Assembly: GCA_036478295.1 (NCBI GenBank) | Contig: JAZGDW010000177.1 | Location: 1 to 38,036, forward strand | Reading direction: 5' to 3' | Origin: Candidatus Krumholzibacteriia bacterium | Lineage (GTDB): Bacteria; Krumholzibacteriota; Krumholzibacteriia; WVZY01 | Length of the DNA: 38,036 nucleotides | Shown: positions 25,784 through 33,858 of the stretch, piece by piece | Position numbering within the stretch: the stretch's first letter is position 1 | Layout: every line of letters starts with the position of its first letter | Notes under the pieces: model-generated | Seen by the model: the letters and a program-made list of their open reading frames with translations, nothing else | What the model was told of the DNA's origin: nothing | Databases searched by the model: none | Program-made: the position numbers and the translations under genes

Positions 25784-27613
25784 TCAATGTTTTCTGCTCC
25801 GCTCCAGCGTCGTCTTCAAACGATCGACCAGCTTCGTTTCTTCGCGTTCGGAGAAATCGAGTATTTCCTGCAGGGCTATACCAATATGAGGAATGTATTT
25901 CTCGATGTACGAACGTTTCTTCTCTTCCTCGCGCGCGCGCATGCCCTTGCGGATAAAGCGGGCCAGTCGTCGCCCGCATTCCTGCAGCGCGAGCTTGATC
26001 TCCTTGATGATCTCGGGGTAATGGGCGATGGCCTCCTTGCCCTCCGAAGTGAACGGTACCCACGCCGAAGCGATATGCACCAGGACCAGCAGCGGGCCCG
26101 ACGGCAGCGCGCCGCGTGATTGCGGCACGCCGTAGCTCTTCCAGGCGGTGGCAATCATCGACTGGGTGATGGCGCAGGCGGACTGCTGGTAGATGAGCGG
26201 CGCCCTGTTCGCGAAACGGTATAGTTTGACCGTATCCTCTTCGGTAAAAGAAGGGCCGCCGTACGCGAAGGCCACTTCGATCTGAAAGGGGTTTCCACGG
26301 TAGACGGCGGGGGGACGGGTCACCGCCGTTGTGAACGTCGCGTCGACCTCCCGACCGACGCTCCTTAGAAGCAGTTCCTCCCCGATGGGGGAGAGGCAGT
26401 TGGTCGGCGGCTTCATGATCTTGGCGCGAGCGAACGACTTGATTATCGCTTCGGCTTCGTCCCGGGTCACGCGGCTCGGCCGCGTGGATGTCTTGACGCC
26501 CGCGATTTCCAGGACCTCCAGGCATACCCTCGAGCTCATGCGGGAAAACTCTGTCTCGAGAAAGCTGCGCACGTTCCGCGCCTTGGTGAGTTTGAGCATA
26601 TCGAGCAACACACCGAGCTCCACACCGTGCGGGTGCGGCTGGATCGCCCTCGCCTCGACGGGCAACTCGTTCGCCAGCCGCTCGTAGACGACCTTTTCAC
26701 CACGCGGCGGGTGGTACACGATCTCCGCGTGGGGATTCGCCATGGCCACCTGGTGCAGGTACGCGTCCACCGAACGCTGGCCTTTCTTGTAGGCGGCAAG
26801 AATCTCCATCTCCACACGGATTCCGTGTGGCCGCTCCCAATCGGTCGTGTTGTCGCTCAGAATTACGGGGTTGTTGGTCTTGGTGTCGATCTGCAGCTCG
26901 TAGACGTGTCCCTTATGCCGCGACCCGGTGCGCGTAATGACCCTGACCGGTATGCCCGTAGTCAGCTGTGCGTACATTCCTGCGGCGGAAATGCCGATTC
27001 CCTGCTGTCCCCGGGCCTGTTTGAGAATATGAAACTTGGAGCCGTAGAGAAGTTTGCCGAAAATCTTCGGTACCTGTGATTTGACAATCCCCGGGCCCGA
27101 ATCCTCGACGACCAGACGGAAGCGGTTCTCGGAAACCTCGTGTATCTCGACCAGAATGTCTGGGAGTATCCCGGCTTCTTCGCACGCGTCGAGCGCGTTG
27201 TCGACGGCCTCCTTGACCGCCGTCAGCAGCGCCTTCGGCAGACTGTCGAACCCCAGCAAGTGCCTATTCTTGGCGAAGAACTCACTGATCGAGATCTCGC
27301 GCTGGCGGACCGCGATCGTTTGCGCCGTCTGATACTGTTTTTGCTTCGGTTGCTTGTCGCGGGCCACTGGTGCGCCTGCGGTCGCCGTGTTCGTCTTGCC
27401 GCCGGCGGTGCCCTCCCCATCGCCCGCAGCCGTGTCCTCCTCCCTGGCCTCAAAGAGCGGCAGGGCTTCGGTGATTTCGTCTGGCGTCTTCCGTCGCCCC
27501 CGCGCCGCTTTCGACGGCGCCTTCTTGCCCTTGCCGCGCGGTTTGGCCGCGGGCGCCTTCTTGCCCTTGCCGCGCGATTTCGTCGTTTTTTTCTTCGAGG
27601 CCACCCGTGGCAC
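25784..27613 (-). CDS. top6B: DNA topoisomerase VI subunit B (GHKL ATPase) with a basic N-terminal extension
   Basis: EISISEFFAKNRHLLGFD, KEAVDNALDACEEAGILP, EDSGPGI, YGSKF, RGQQGIG, PHPHGVE, YRGNPF, RFANRAPL, WVPFTSEGKEAI. GTG 27613 is 6 nt after GGGAG. Confidence 0.92.
   Translation of the reverse strand: MPRVASKKKTTKSRGKGKKAPAAKPRGKGKKAPSKAARGRRKTPDEITEALPLFEAREEDTAAGDGEGTAGGKTNTATAGAPVARDKQPKQKQYQTAQTIAVRQREISISEFFAKNRHLLGFDSLPKALLTAVKEAVDNALDACEEAGILPDILVEIHEVSENRFRLVVEDSGPGIVKSQVPKIFGKLLYGSKFHILKQARGQQGIGISAAGMYAQLTTGIPVRVITRTGSRHKGHVYELQIDTKTNNPVILSDNTTDWERPHGIRVEMEILAAYKKGQRSVDAYLHQVAMANPHAEIVYHPPRGEKVVYERLANELPVEARAIQPHPHGVELGVLLDMLKLTKARNVRSFLETEFSRMSSRVCLEVLEIAGVKTSTRPSRVTRDEAEAIIKSFARAKIMKPPTNCLSPIGEELLLRSVGREVDATFTTAVTRPPAVYRGNPFQIEVAFAYGGPSFTEEDTVKLYRFANRAPLIYQQSACAITQSMIATAWKSYGVPQSRGALPSGPLLVLVHIASAWVPFTSEGKEAIAHYPEIIKEIKLALQECGRRLARFIRKGMRAREEEKKRSYIEKYIPHIGIALQEILDFSEREETKLVDRLKTTLERSRKH
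27516..27576 (-). repeat. 25-bp direct repeat (36-bp period) in the top6B N-terminus encoding RGKGKKAP twice
   Basis: GGCGCCTTCTTGCCCTTGCCGCGCG at 27516-27540 and 27552-27576. Confidence 0.85.
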
Positions 27614-27681
27614 TGCCGACTCCCTTCGCCGTTTACCGGACGAATTCCGTTCCCCACCGGATTTGCTCAAAACCCGTTCGC

Positions 27682-27711
27682 ATACTAATGATACCCCCCA
27701 GATCCTGTCAA
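27682..27711 (-). promoter_or_regulatory. sigma70-type promoter for top6B-top6A
   Basis: TTGACA (27711..27706) - 18 nt - TAGTAT (27687..27682). Confidence 0.5.
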
Positions 27712-27916
27712 CGCTTGCTTCGGGCCGACGGGTTTCGGGTGTGTGGTTCGTCCCGCGTCCGGTACCCTGACCGGTCCCGCTAGAAAACTCCGTGCTGGAG
27801 GGGGCGAAGGGAATGATTATTGCTTTCCCAGCACGGCGCGGGAAGCAGTCCCGGCGGGTTCGAACCACCCGAGGGCGGTCACCGCCGCACGCAGCGGGCG
27901 ATCGCACGCATTCAAT

Positions 27917-29986
27917 ATGACTCCGAACAAGAACTCAGCAACAACCATCGCGGTCCTCATCCTCGTGACCCTGGTCATCATCGTCGGCCGGTTGACCATG
28001 GTCGGGCGCGACGGTTCCGACCGGTCCGTACCCCAGATTGCCAGCCAGGCGGACAATCAAGCGTTCTACATCGCCCAGACTGCACTGGATCGCTCGGTCA
28101 AGGCCCTGATGGCCAATCCACGGTGGCGTGAAGGGTTCACCGATATCTCCTTCGCAAGCGGAAGCTACAGCGTGGATGTTTACGACGCCGCGTCCGGAGA
28201 AGGCCGTAACGCCACGTCCACCCTGCCGCCGAACTACGTGCGCATTGTCGCCTCCAGTGAAATCGACGGCGTAACGAAGGCGGTTGAGGCCGTGTGGGTG
28301 AACGCAATGGCGGCGTTCTACTACAACTACGCAGCGGGAGACGAACTAGAAATCGGCCATGAGGACGGTGCGAACCTTGTCGTGTTGGGCAACCTTCACA
28401 ACAACGCCTGGGCGGGAGGACGCACCACGGTCCGCGCCGGGGCCACTATCTACGGAAATGTGACCAGTACAGGCGACATCGCCCTCGGCGGGGACCGCCA
28501 CGCAAGACCAACCATCGTTTACGGCAGCGTGTGGGGCTCGCGGGTGCAGTTGTCCGATTCGTCAGAGATTCGCCGCTACGAGAACCTCACCGAAGAAACC
28601 GAGGGTATCGACCTCAACGGCGACGGTGACACGACGGACATCGGTCTCAGCAAGGGACCGATCCACGCGTCCGGGGCCCGGAGTATCGAAGTCGCCGGGC
28701 GGGCACTCGCCAGCGGTGCCCGGGATCGCCGAATCGGCGGCGGCATGCTGCCGGTCGTCGTGGGAGCGGCCGGCATCGGCCCCACCGTCGACCCCCGGCC
28801 GGACTTCACCGCCTACTACGAACTGGTAACCGGAACGTCGACCTATCCGCCGGCGCTCGGCCACGTTGCTTCCCCGATTCTCGGGGACGGGGATGGTCAC
28901 TATTTCGCATCGGCGAACCTGTTTATCGACTGGCTAAAATTTCGCAATGACAGCGCGGTGCTCTGTTGGCGGTGCGCCGGTGACGGCTGGATCGATCCCG
29001 AGGGCGCTTCCGCTTGTCCCACGTGCAGCGGCAGTGGGGCCGACCGCGCGGTGGAAATTACCGGGGTCTTTTACATCGACGACGAGACACTCGACCTCGG
29101 CGAATGTGGTAAAAACCTCATCGTACATGGAACCATCGTCGTCGCGGCGGGCAACCCCTACCGCTGGCCGAAGAAGACCGTCAACATTCCTGGCAACCGG
29201 GCGACGATCGATCATTTTCCCGAAAAAGGCGCGTTCGTCCTCAAGGGTGCCAGGCGCATGCATTTCACACAGACCTACCGATCGGATGAAGACGGCGGCT
29301 CCTACGTCTGGAACAAGCGCCAGCTCTACGGTGGAGCGGATGTCCAGGTTCTTGCGCTGCCCGAGCCCCGTCCGGAGCGGGCGATGCACGATTTCCCCGC
29401 CATCCTGGCACCGGCCCTGGTCGAAATCGGGCCGCGCAAAGCAGGATTCGCCTACCACGCAGGGGACATCGGCGACGAGGCGCTCACCATTCTGCAGGGT
29501 GTGCTGTTTTGCGAGGAACGGATCCTCATCCACGGCCGCGGAGGCTGGAGGGGCGAATCACTCGAGTTCGACGAGGAGACAAGCCGGAGCGACGAGGACG
29601 CGCTCGACGAGTCCGTTCTCAACATCGACTTGAACGGTGACGGTGATATCTTCGACCGCGTCGAACTGTCCGCGGTCACTACGGTGCCCGTAATCCCAGT
29701 GTCAAACCGGCGATACAATGTGGACATCAATAGCGATGGTGTCCTGAACAAGGTGACTATCGGCGTCGACTATCGCGGGTTCTTCGAGCGGCACGGCTAC
29801 CGCCATCCCGTCCTCGTCTACCACCAGGGACTTCTCCTCGGGCAGCGCATTCACTCGTGTGAAGCGGTTTTCGTCGACTTCGACCCGGAGATCGCCGCCG
29901 CAGGGATTCCTTTCGGCTTCGAAGTGAGCTTTGGCGCCGCCCCCTACCAGGGACTTGTCTCCTGGCGCGAACGGCCGGCGCGCTGA
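27917..29986 (+). CDS. Hypothetical PilX-like protein with N-terminal TM, a CxxCxGxG pair and DxNxDG motifs
   Basis: N-terminal hydrophobic helix then QAFYIAQTALD (PilX_N-like); CWRCAGDG…CPTCSGSG; IDLNGDGD twice and VDINSDG; ends VSWRE. Confidence 0.65.
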   Translation: MTPNKNSATTIAVLILVTLVIIVGRLTMVGRDGSDRSVPQIASQADNQAFYIAQTALDRSVKALMANPRWREGFTDISFASGSYSVDVYDAASGEGRNATSTLPPNYVRIVASSEIDGVTKAVEAVWVNAMAAFYYNYAAGDELEIGHEDGANLVVLGNLHNNAWAGGRTTVRAGATIYGNVTSTGDIALGGDRHARPTIVYGSVWGSRVQLSDSSEIRRYENLTEETEGIDLNGDGDTTDIGLSKGPIHASGARSIEVAGRALASGARDRRIGGGMLPVVVGAAGIGPTVDPRPDFTAYYELVTGTSTYPPALGHVASPILGDGDGHYFASANLFIDWLKFRNDSAVLCWRCAGDGWIDPEGASACPTCSGSGADRAVEITGVFYIDDETLDLGECGKNLIVHGTIVVAAGNPYRWPKKTVNIPGNRATIDHFPEKGAFVLKGARRMHFTQTYRSDEDGGSYVWNKRQLYGGADVQVLALPEPRPERAMHDFPAILAPALVEIGPRKAGFAYHAGDIGDEALTILQGVLFCEERILIHGRGGWRGESLEFDEETSRSDEDALDESVLNIDLNGDGDIFDRVELSAVTTVPVIPVSNRRYNVDINSDGVLNKVTIGVDYRGFFERHGYRHPVLVYHQGLLLGQRIHSCEAVFVDFDPEIAAAGIPFGFEVSFGAAPYQGLVSWRERPAR

Positions 29987-30050
29987 TACCCGTTTACTGG
30001 CGGTGACGGCGGCGCTCCTGCGCCGGGCGCCGCACATAAACCCGCATCGG

Positions 30051-31283
30051 TCACGAATCGTCCGTACCGTGCTCGAGCACGTGCTGATAAACGCCTAACA
30101 ATTTCTTTCGCTCGCGCTCCCACCGATACGCGGCACGCTGCTCGTTCATTTTGTCGACGCGGTGGCCGGCGTCTTCGGGATGGGCAAAAACGTAATAGAG
30201 TCGATCCGCCAGGTCTTCGGGATCACCCGCTTCGAAATACACCACACCCTCATCAGGAAAATAGGATTCCACAGCCGGCAGCCGGGACGCGATCAGCGGT
30301 ATTGCCAGCGCCGTAAACTCGAAAAGGCTCTCGCCGTGAACCAGGGAGGAATACGAATTCATACGTGTGGGCATGAGCGTCATGTCGGCCGCCAGCAATT
30401 CCAGTGCGACCTCGTCCGTCCGCAGCGAACCGACCGTGTGAAGGTGATCGTCGACCCCGAGCTCTTTCGCCAGCGCGAGCGCTTGCCCTGGGGGGGTGCC
30501 CAGTATCCGGAGCTGTACGCCGGGCACTCGATCGCGCACCAGGTGTATCGACCGCACGGCGTCCTCGAGACCGCCGCTGTCCCGCGGCTCACCACGGGCG
30601 ATCACCCGGAAGATCCCCTTGCGCCTCTCCTCTTTCTTGAGCTGCGCGAGGCGATTGAGGTCCTGGCCGGCAGCGCTCGTACCATGCGCGCCCCCCTCCG
30701 GCACGCCCAGCACGACGGTAATCTTATGAACGTCGCCGCCCCTCAGACCCATGTGGTCACGCAGCTCACGGGTATGCACAACGACCCGCGTCGCGAGTTT
30801 TTGCGCCAGCTTGTCGGCGAGCGTCACGAGTGCAAGCGCCAGTCCGCCGAGCGGTCCACTCCTCCCCGTTGCGAACTTCTCCGGCAGCGGCCCCACCATG
30901 TGAACAATTACCCTGACGCCGAGCATCCGTGCCATGAGCACGACGGCCAAATGCCAGGCCGAGGTCATGTCCACCTGTACAACCCTGAAGGAATGCTGAA
31001 CATCCAACACGAGGAGTTTCCCTGCGGCGAGTAGCGAGAAGAGGACGTCGCGGCGCCTGCGACCCTCTTGCCGGGCCGTGCCCATGCCCAGCCGGTGAAT
31101 ACACACGCCTCCCGATGACTCCCGGCCGGGTTCATCCTCGGCACGCAGGCAGATGACGTGTGTTTCGATACCCGCCCCGGCCAGCGCCCGCGCGTCCCGC
31201 AGGAGCCCCGGGTCGGTGGTGACGAAACCGCATCCCACGATACACACGCGGGTGGGTTGTGCAATGGGATTACTCGCGCTCAA
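30051..31283 (-). CDS. Glycosyltransferase family 4, divergent
   Basis: GLEDAVRSI, LRILG, SLFEFTALAIPLIASRLP, FEAGDPEDLADRL; TTG start. Confidence 0.78.
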   Translation of the reverse strand: MSASNPIAQPTRVCIVGCGFVTTDPGLLRDARALAGAGIETHVICLRAEDEPGRESSGGVCIHRLGMGTARQEGRRRRDVLFSLLAAGKLLVLDVQHSFRVVQVDMTSAWHLAVVLMARMLGVRVIVHMVGPLPEKFATGRSGPLGGLALALVTLADKLAQKLATRVVVHTRELRDHMGLRGGDVHKITVVLGVPEGGAHGTSAAGQDLNRLAQLKKEERRKGIFRVIARGEPRDSGGLEDAVRSIHLVRDRVPGVQLRILGTPPGQALALAKELGVDDHLHTVGSLRTDEVALELLAADMTLMPTRMNSYSSLVHGESLFEFTALAIPLIASRLPAVESYFPDEGVVYFEAGDPEDLADRLYYVFAHPEDAGHRVDKMNEQRAAYRWERERKKLLGVYQHVLEHGTDDS

Positions 31284-31339
31284 TTTCTGACATCCTTCGC
31301 CGGCCGTGCGGGAGGCACCGTGGCCACCCTACCGCGGCG

Positions 31340-32521
31340 TCACGAGGATCGGCAGAGCAAATCTCCAAGAACCCTTTCTTGTTTCCTGCACATTCCTTCC
31401 ACTGTGAAACGAGTTTCCACGGCACGCCTGCCCGCCGTCCCGTAGCGGGCCGCGCCATTCCGGTCGGCGACAAACGACCGCATCGCATTATAAAGCGCAT
31501 CGACGTCCATGGCGGGCACGACCCATCCCGTCTCCCCGTCTGTCACGAGTTCTCCGACACTTCCGACATCCGTCGCGATCACGGGCAGCGCTGTAGCCAT
31601 CGCTTCGAGGATGGCCACCGGAAACGCTTCCGTTCTCGAGGCCAGTACAAACACGTCGCTCAAACGCAGGATCTCGTCGACGTTTTCCACCACGCCTGTG
31701 AATATCACCTTGTCCCGGAGGCCTAGAGCTCCCGCCAGTTTCAAAAGGTTCGACCGCTCGGGTCCGTCGCCGACGATCAGCAAGCGGACCCTGTCCCGCT
31801 CCGCGACGATGCGAGCCGCGGCGCGCAGCAACGCGTCGATACACTTGTAGGCATGCAGAGACGCAACCGTGGTGATGACGAGGTCGTCGGATTGTATGCC
31901 GAGCTTCATGCGCAGCGTGTCGTCGGGGCTTCCCGGTTTGAATCTATTGACGTCCACGCCGTTGTGGATAACCTCGATCTTGTCCGCGTCCAGACCCTCC
32001 GATTCGACCAGGTGCCGCTTGTGTTCATGAGCGACGGCGATGAATCGGTCCACCGTTCTGAGAAACGGTTTTTGATAATTCTTGATCAAACGCCCGCCTC
32101 TTGGCCCACCGCTGCCGTGTATGGCAACGACAACTTTCTTTACGCGACCGGTTCTCCTGGCGAGCCATGAGAACAGAATGGTGTTCGGGTGGGCGAGCGT
32201 GTAAATGAGATCGATCTTCTCTGCAGATAGAATCTTGTCCAGTCTCCGGTAGGCGGCAAGGTCGTACTTGTACTTCATAATGTGATCATAAAACGGCATT
32301 CCGAGGTCGACCCAGGCATCTTTGAAGAACCCTCCGGCTTTCAGACAGCAGACCCTGACGCCAAAATGCGCCGGGTCGACTCGGGAGAATATCTCGTAGA
32401 GAATCCTTTCGAGCCCCCCCATTTCGAGCTCGTTCTCGAGAACGAGGATGTTGTGCTGACGGCCGCACGGTACCCCACCTGGAGAATCACCGGTCCGGAT
32501 GTTCTTACTGTTCGGGTTCAT
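31340..32521 (-). CDS. Glycosyltransferase family 4
   Basis: MGGLER, VIHNGVD, IVGDGPER, SRTEAFPVAILEAMA, ATDVG. Start ATG 32521 overlaps the upstream gene end. Confidence 0.9.
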   Translation of the reverse strand: MNPNSKNIRTGDSPGGVPCGRQHNILVLENELEMGGLERILYEIFSRVDPAHFGVRVCCLKAGGFFKDAWVDLGMPFYDHIMKYKYDLAAYRRLDKILSAEKIDLIYTLAHPNTILFSWLARRTGRVKKVVVAIHGSGGPRGGRLIKNYQKPFLRTVDRFIAVAHEHKRHLVESEGLDADKIEVIHNGVDVNRFKPGSPDDTLRMKLGIQSDDLVITTVASLHAYKCIDALLRAAARIVAERDRVRLLIVGDGPERSNLLKLAGALGLRDKVIFTGVVENVDEILRLSDVFVLASRTEAFPVAILEAMATALPVIATDVGSVGELVTDGETGWVVPAMDVDALYNAMRSFVADRNGAARYGTAGRRAVETRFTVEGMCRKQERVLGDLLCRSS

Positions 32522-33638
32522 GAGGTGTTTTCCGCGCGTGATGTTCGTTGAGCAACTCCTCAAAAAAATTCCTGTACTTCCCAGCGATGATGCTCGCCGA
32601 GAACCGCTCGGCGATCACCGATCTGGCCCTGTCGCCGGTCTCCCTGGACCGCTGCGGATCGGCCGCCAGGGAGCTTACCAGAGCTCGCATTCCTTCGACA
32701 TCCCTGCAGATCCCCCCTAGCTGCTCGCGCTCGATCAGACCGTCAACATCGTTGGTCGACACGACGGGCACCCCGTAACTCCACGCCTCGAGAAACGCGT
32801 TGGGAAACCCCTCGAACCGCGAAGTATTCACGAGCACAACGGTGCGCTGGAGGTATTGCAACAGTTTGTCGTGTGAGGTGTGACCCGGTAGCTCGAGGTT
32901 GGGCAGCGATTCGGCCGCCCGCATGATCTCCTGTGCGAAGTTCTTCTCGTTGCCCGACGGGCCGCCGACGAGCACGAAGCGCATATCGGGCAGACGCCTG
33001 GCCAACTCCAGAAAAAGCTCCGGCTGCTTGACGCGCCGGATCGCGCCTACCCACAGAATCAAATCCTTGCGCTGTGAGTCGTCTCCGTCGGGGAGATTGA
33101 CACCGTTCGGGATGATTCTCACCGGTTTCTTGACGCGCCGCAGGCAGCGCTCTTCTTGCGATCGATTCTGCACGACGATGCCGTGCGCCAGCTTTAATCC
33201 GAGATGATACAGTGCCTTGTCACGCAAACCCGGAATGAGCACGTCACGGAACGAAAAGTCTGTGTCGCTGCCCCCTCCGTAAACGAACACTTTGCCTTTT
33301 CGCCGGCAGAACATCGCCGTCAAACCGGTCACCATGCCTGCGTTGCGCTGGTAATAGACATCCGCTGCGGCGCGCTGCAGGGCCTTGAGTATTCCGGTGA
33401 GCCGCGGGTGCCAGAAACGCAGGCCCGGCACGCCGTCCGATGCGCTGAATGCATTCTCGGCCGCATGCGGCAGTGAAGCTTCCGGCGTGAGGCTCGATAC
33501 CACCAGGGTAACCTGCAGCCCACTCGATGCCAGGGCATCCGCCACGAAAGCGGCCTGGGTTTCGGCGCCTCCGTAGAGCGTTTCCTGGTCGTGGCGGTAG
33601 TAGGGAACAATGCCCAGCGAGACGATGCAGATCTTCAT
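32505..33638 (-). CDS. Glycosyltransferase family 4
   Basis: MKICIVS, YGGAETQ, IIPNG, WVGAIRRVKQP, NTSRFEGFPNAFLEAW. Confidence 0.9.
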   Translation of the reverse strand: MKICIVSLGIVPYYRHDQETLYGGAETQAAFVADALASSGLQVTLVVSSLTPEASLPHAAENAFSASDGVPGLRFWHPRLTGILKALQRAAADVYYQRNAGMVTGLTAMFCRRKGKVFVYGGGSDTDFSFRDVLIPGLRDKALYHLGLKLAHGIVVQNRSQEERCLRRVKKPVRIIPNGVNLPDGDDSQRKDLILWVGAIRRVKQPELFLELARRLPDMRFVLVGGPSGNEKNFAQEIMRAAESLPNLELPGHTSHDKLLQYLQRTVVLVNTSRFEGFPNAFLEAWSYGVPVVSTNDVDGLIEREQLGGICRDVEGMRALVSSLAADPQRSRETGDRARSVIAERFSASIIAGKYRNFFEELLNEHHARKTPHEPEQ

Positions 33639-33858
33639 GGTCTTCCCGGAGGTGTCGGGCGCTGTTCGCCCGGGACGATTTGGCCGAACCGCCGTCTGAT
33701 TCAGCTGGAATCGCCGGCCGCCGTGCCGCGAGTTCGAGCGGCGACTTTTTAAAGATGTTACCACATGGCGATGTATGGTATAAAGACAAAACAATTGCCT
33801 TTATTAAAGTTATGCGCATTTCCGCAGCCATTGACCATCGCTTTGCCGGGGTATCCTG

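Noticed and set aside
24883..25956. 357-aa plus-strand ORF
   Set aside because: Antisense shadow of top6A/top6B.
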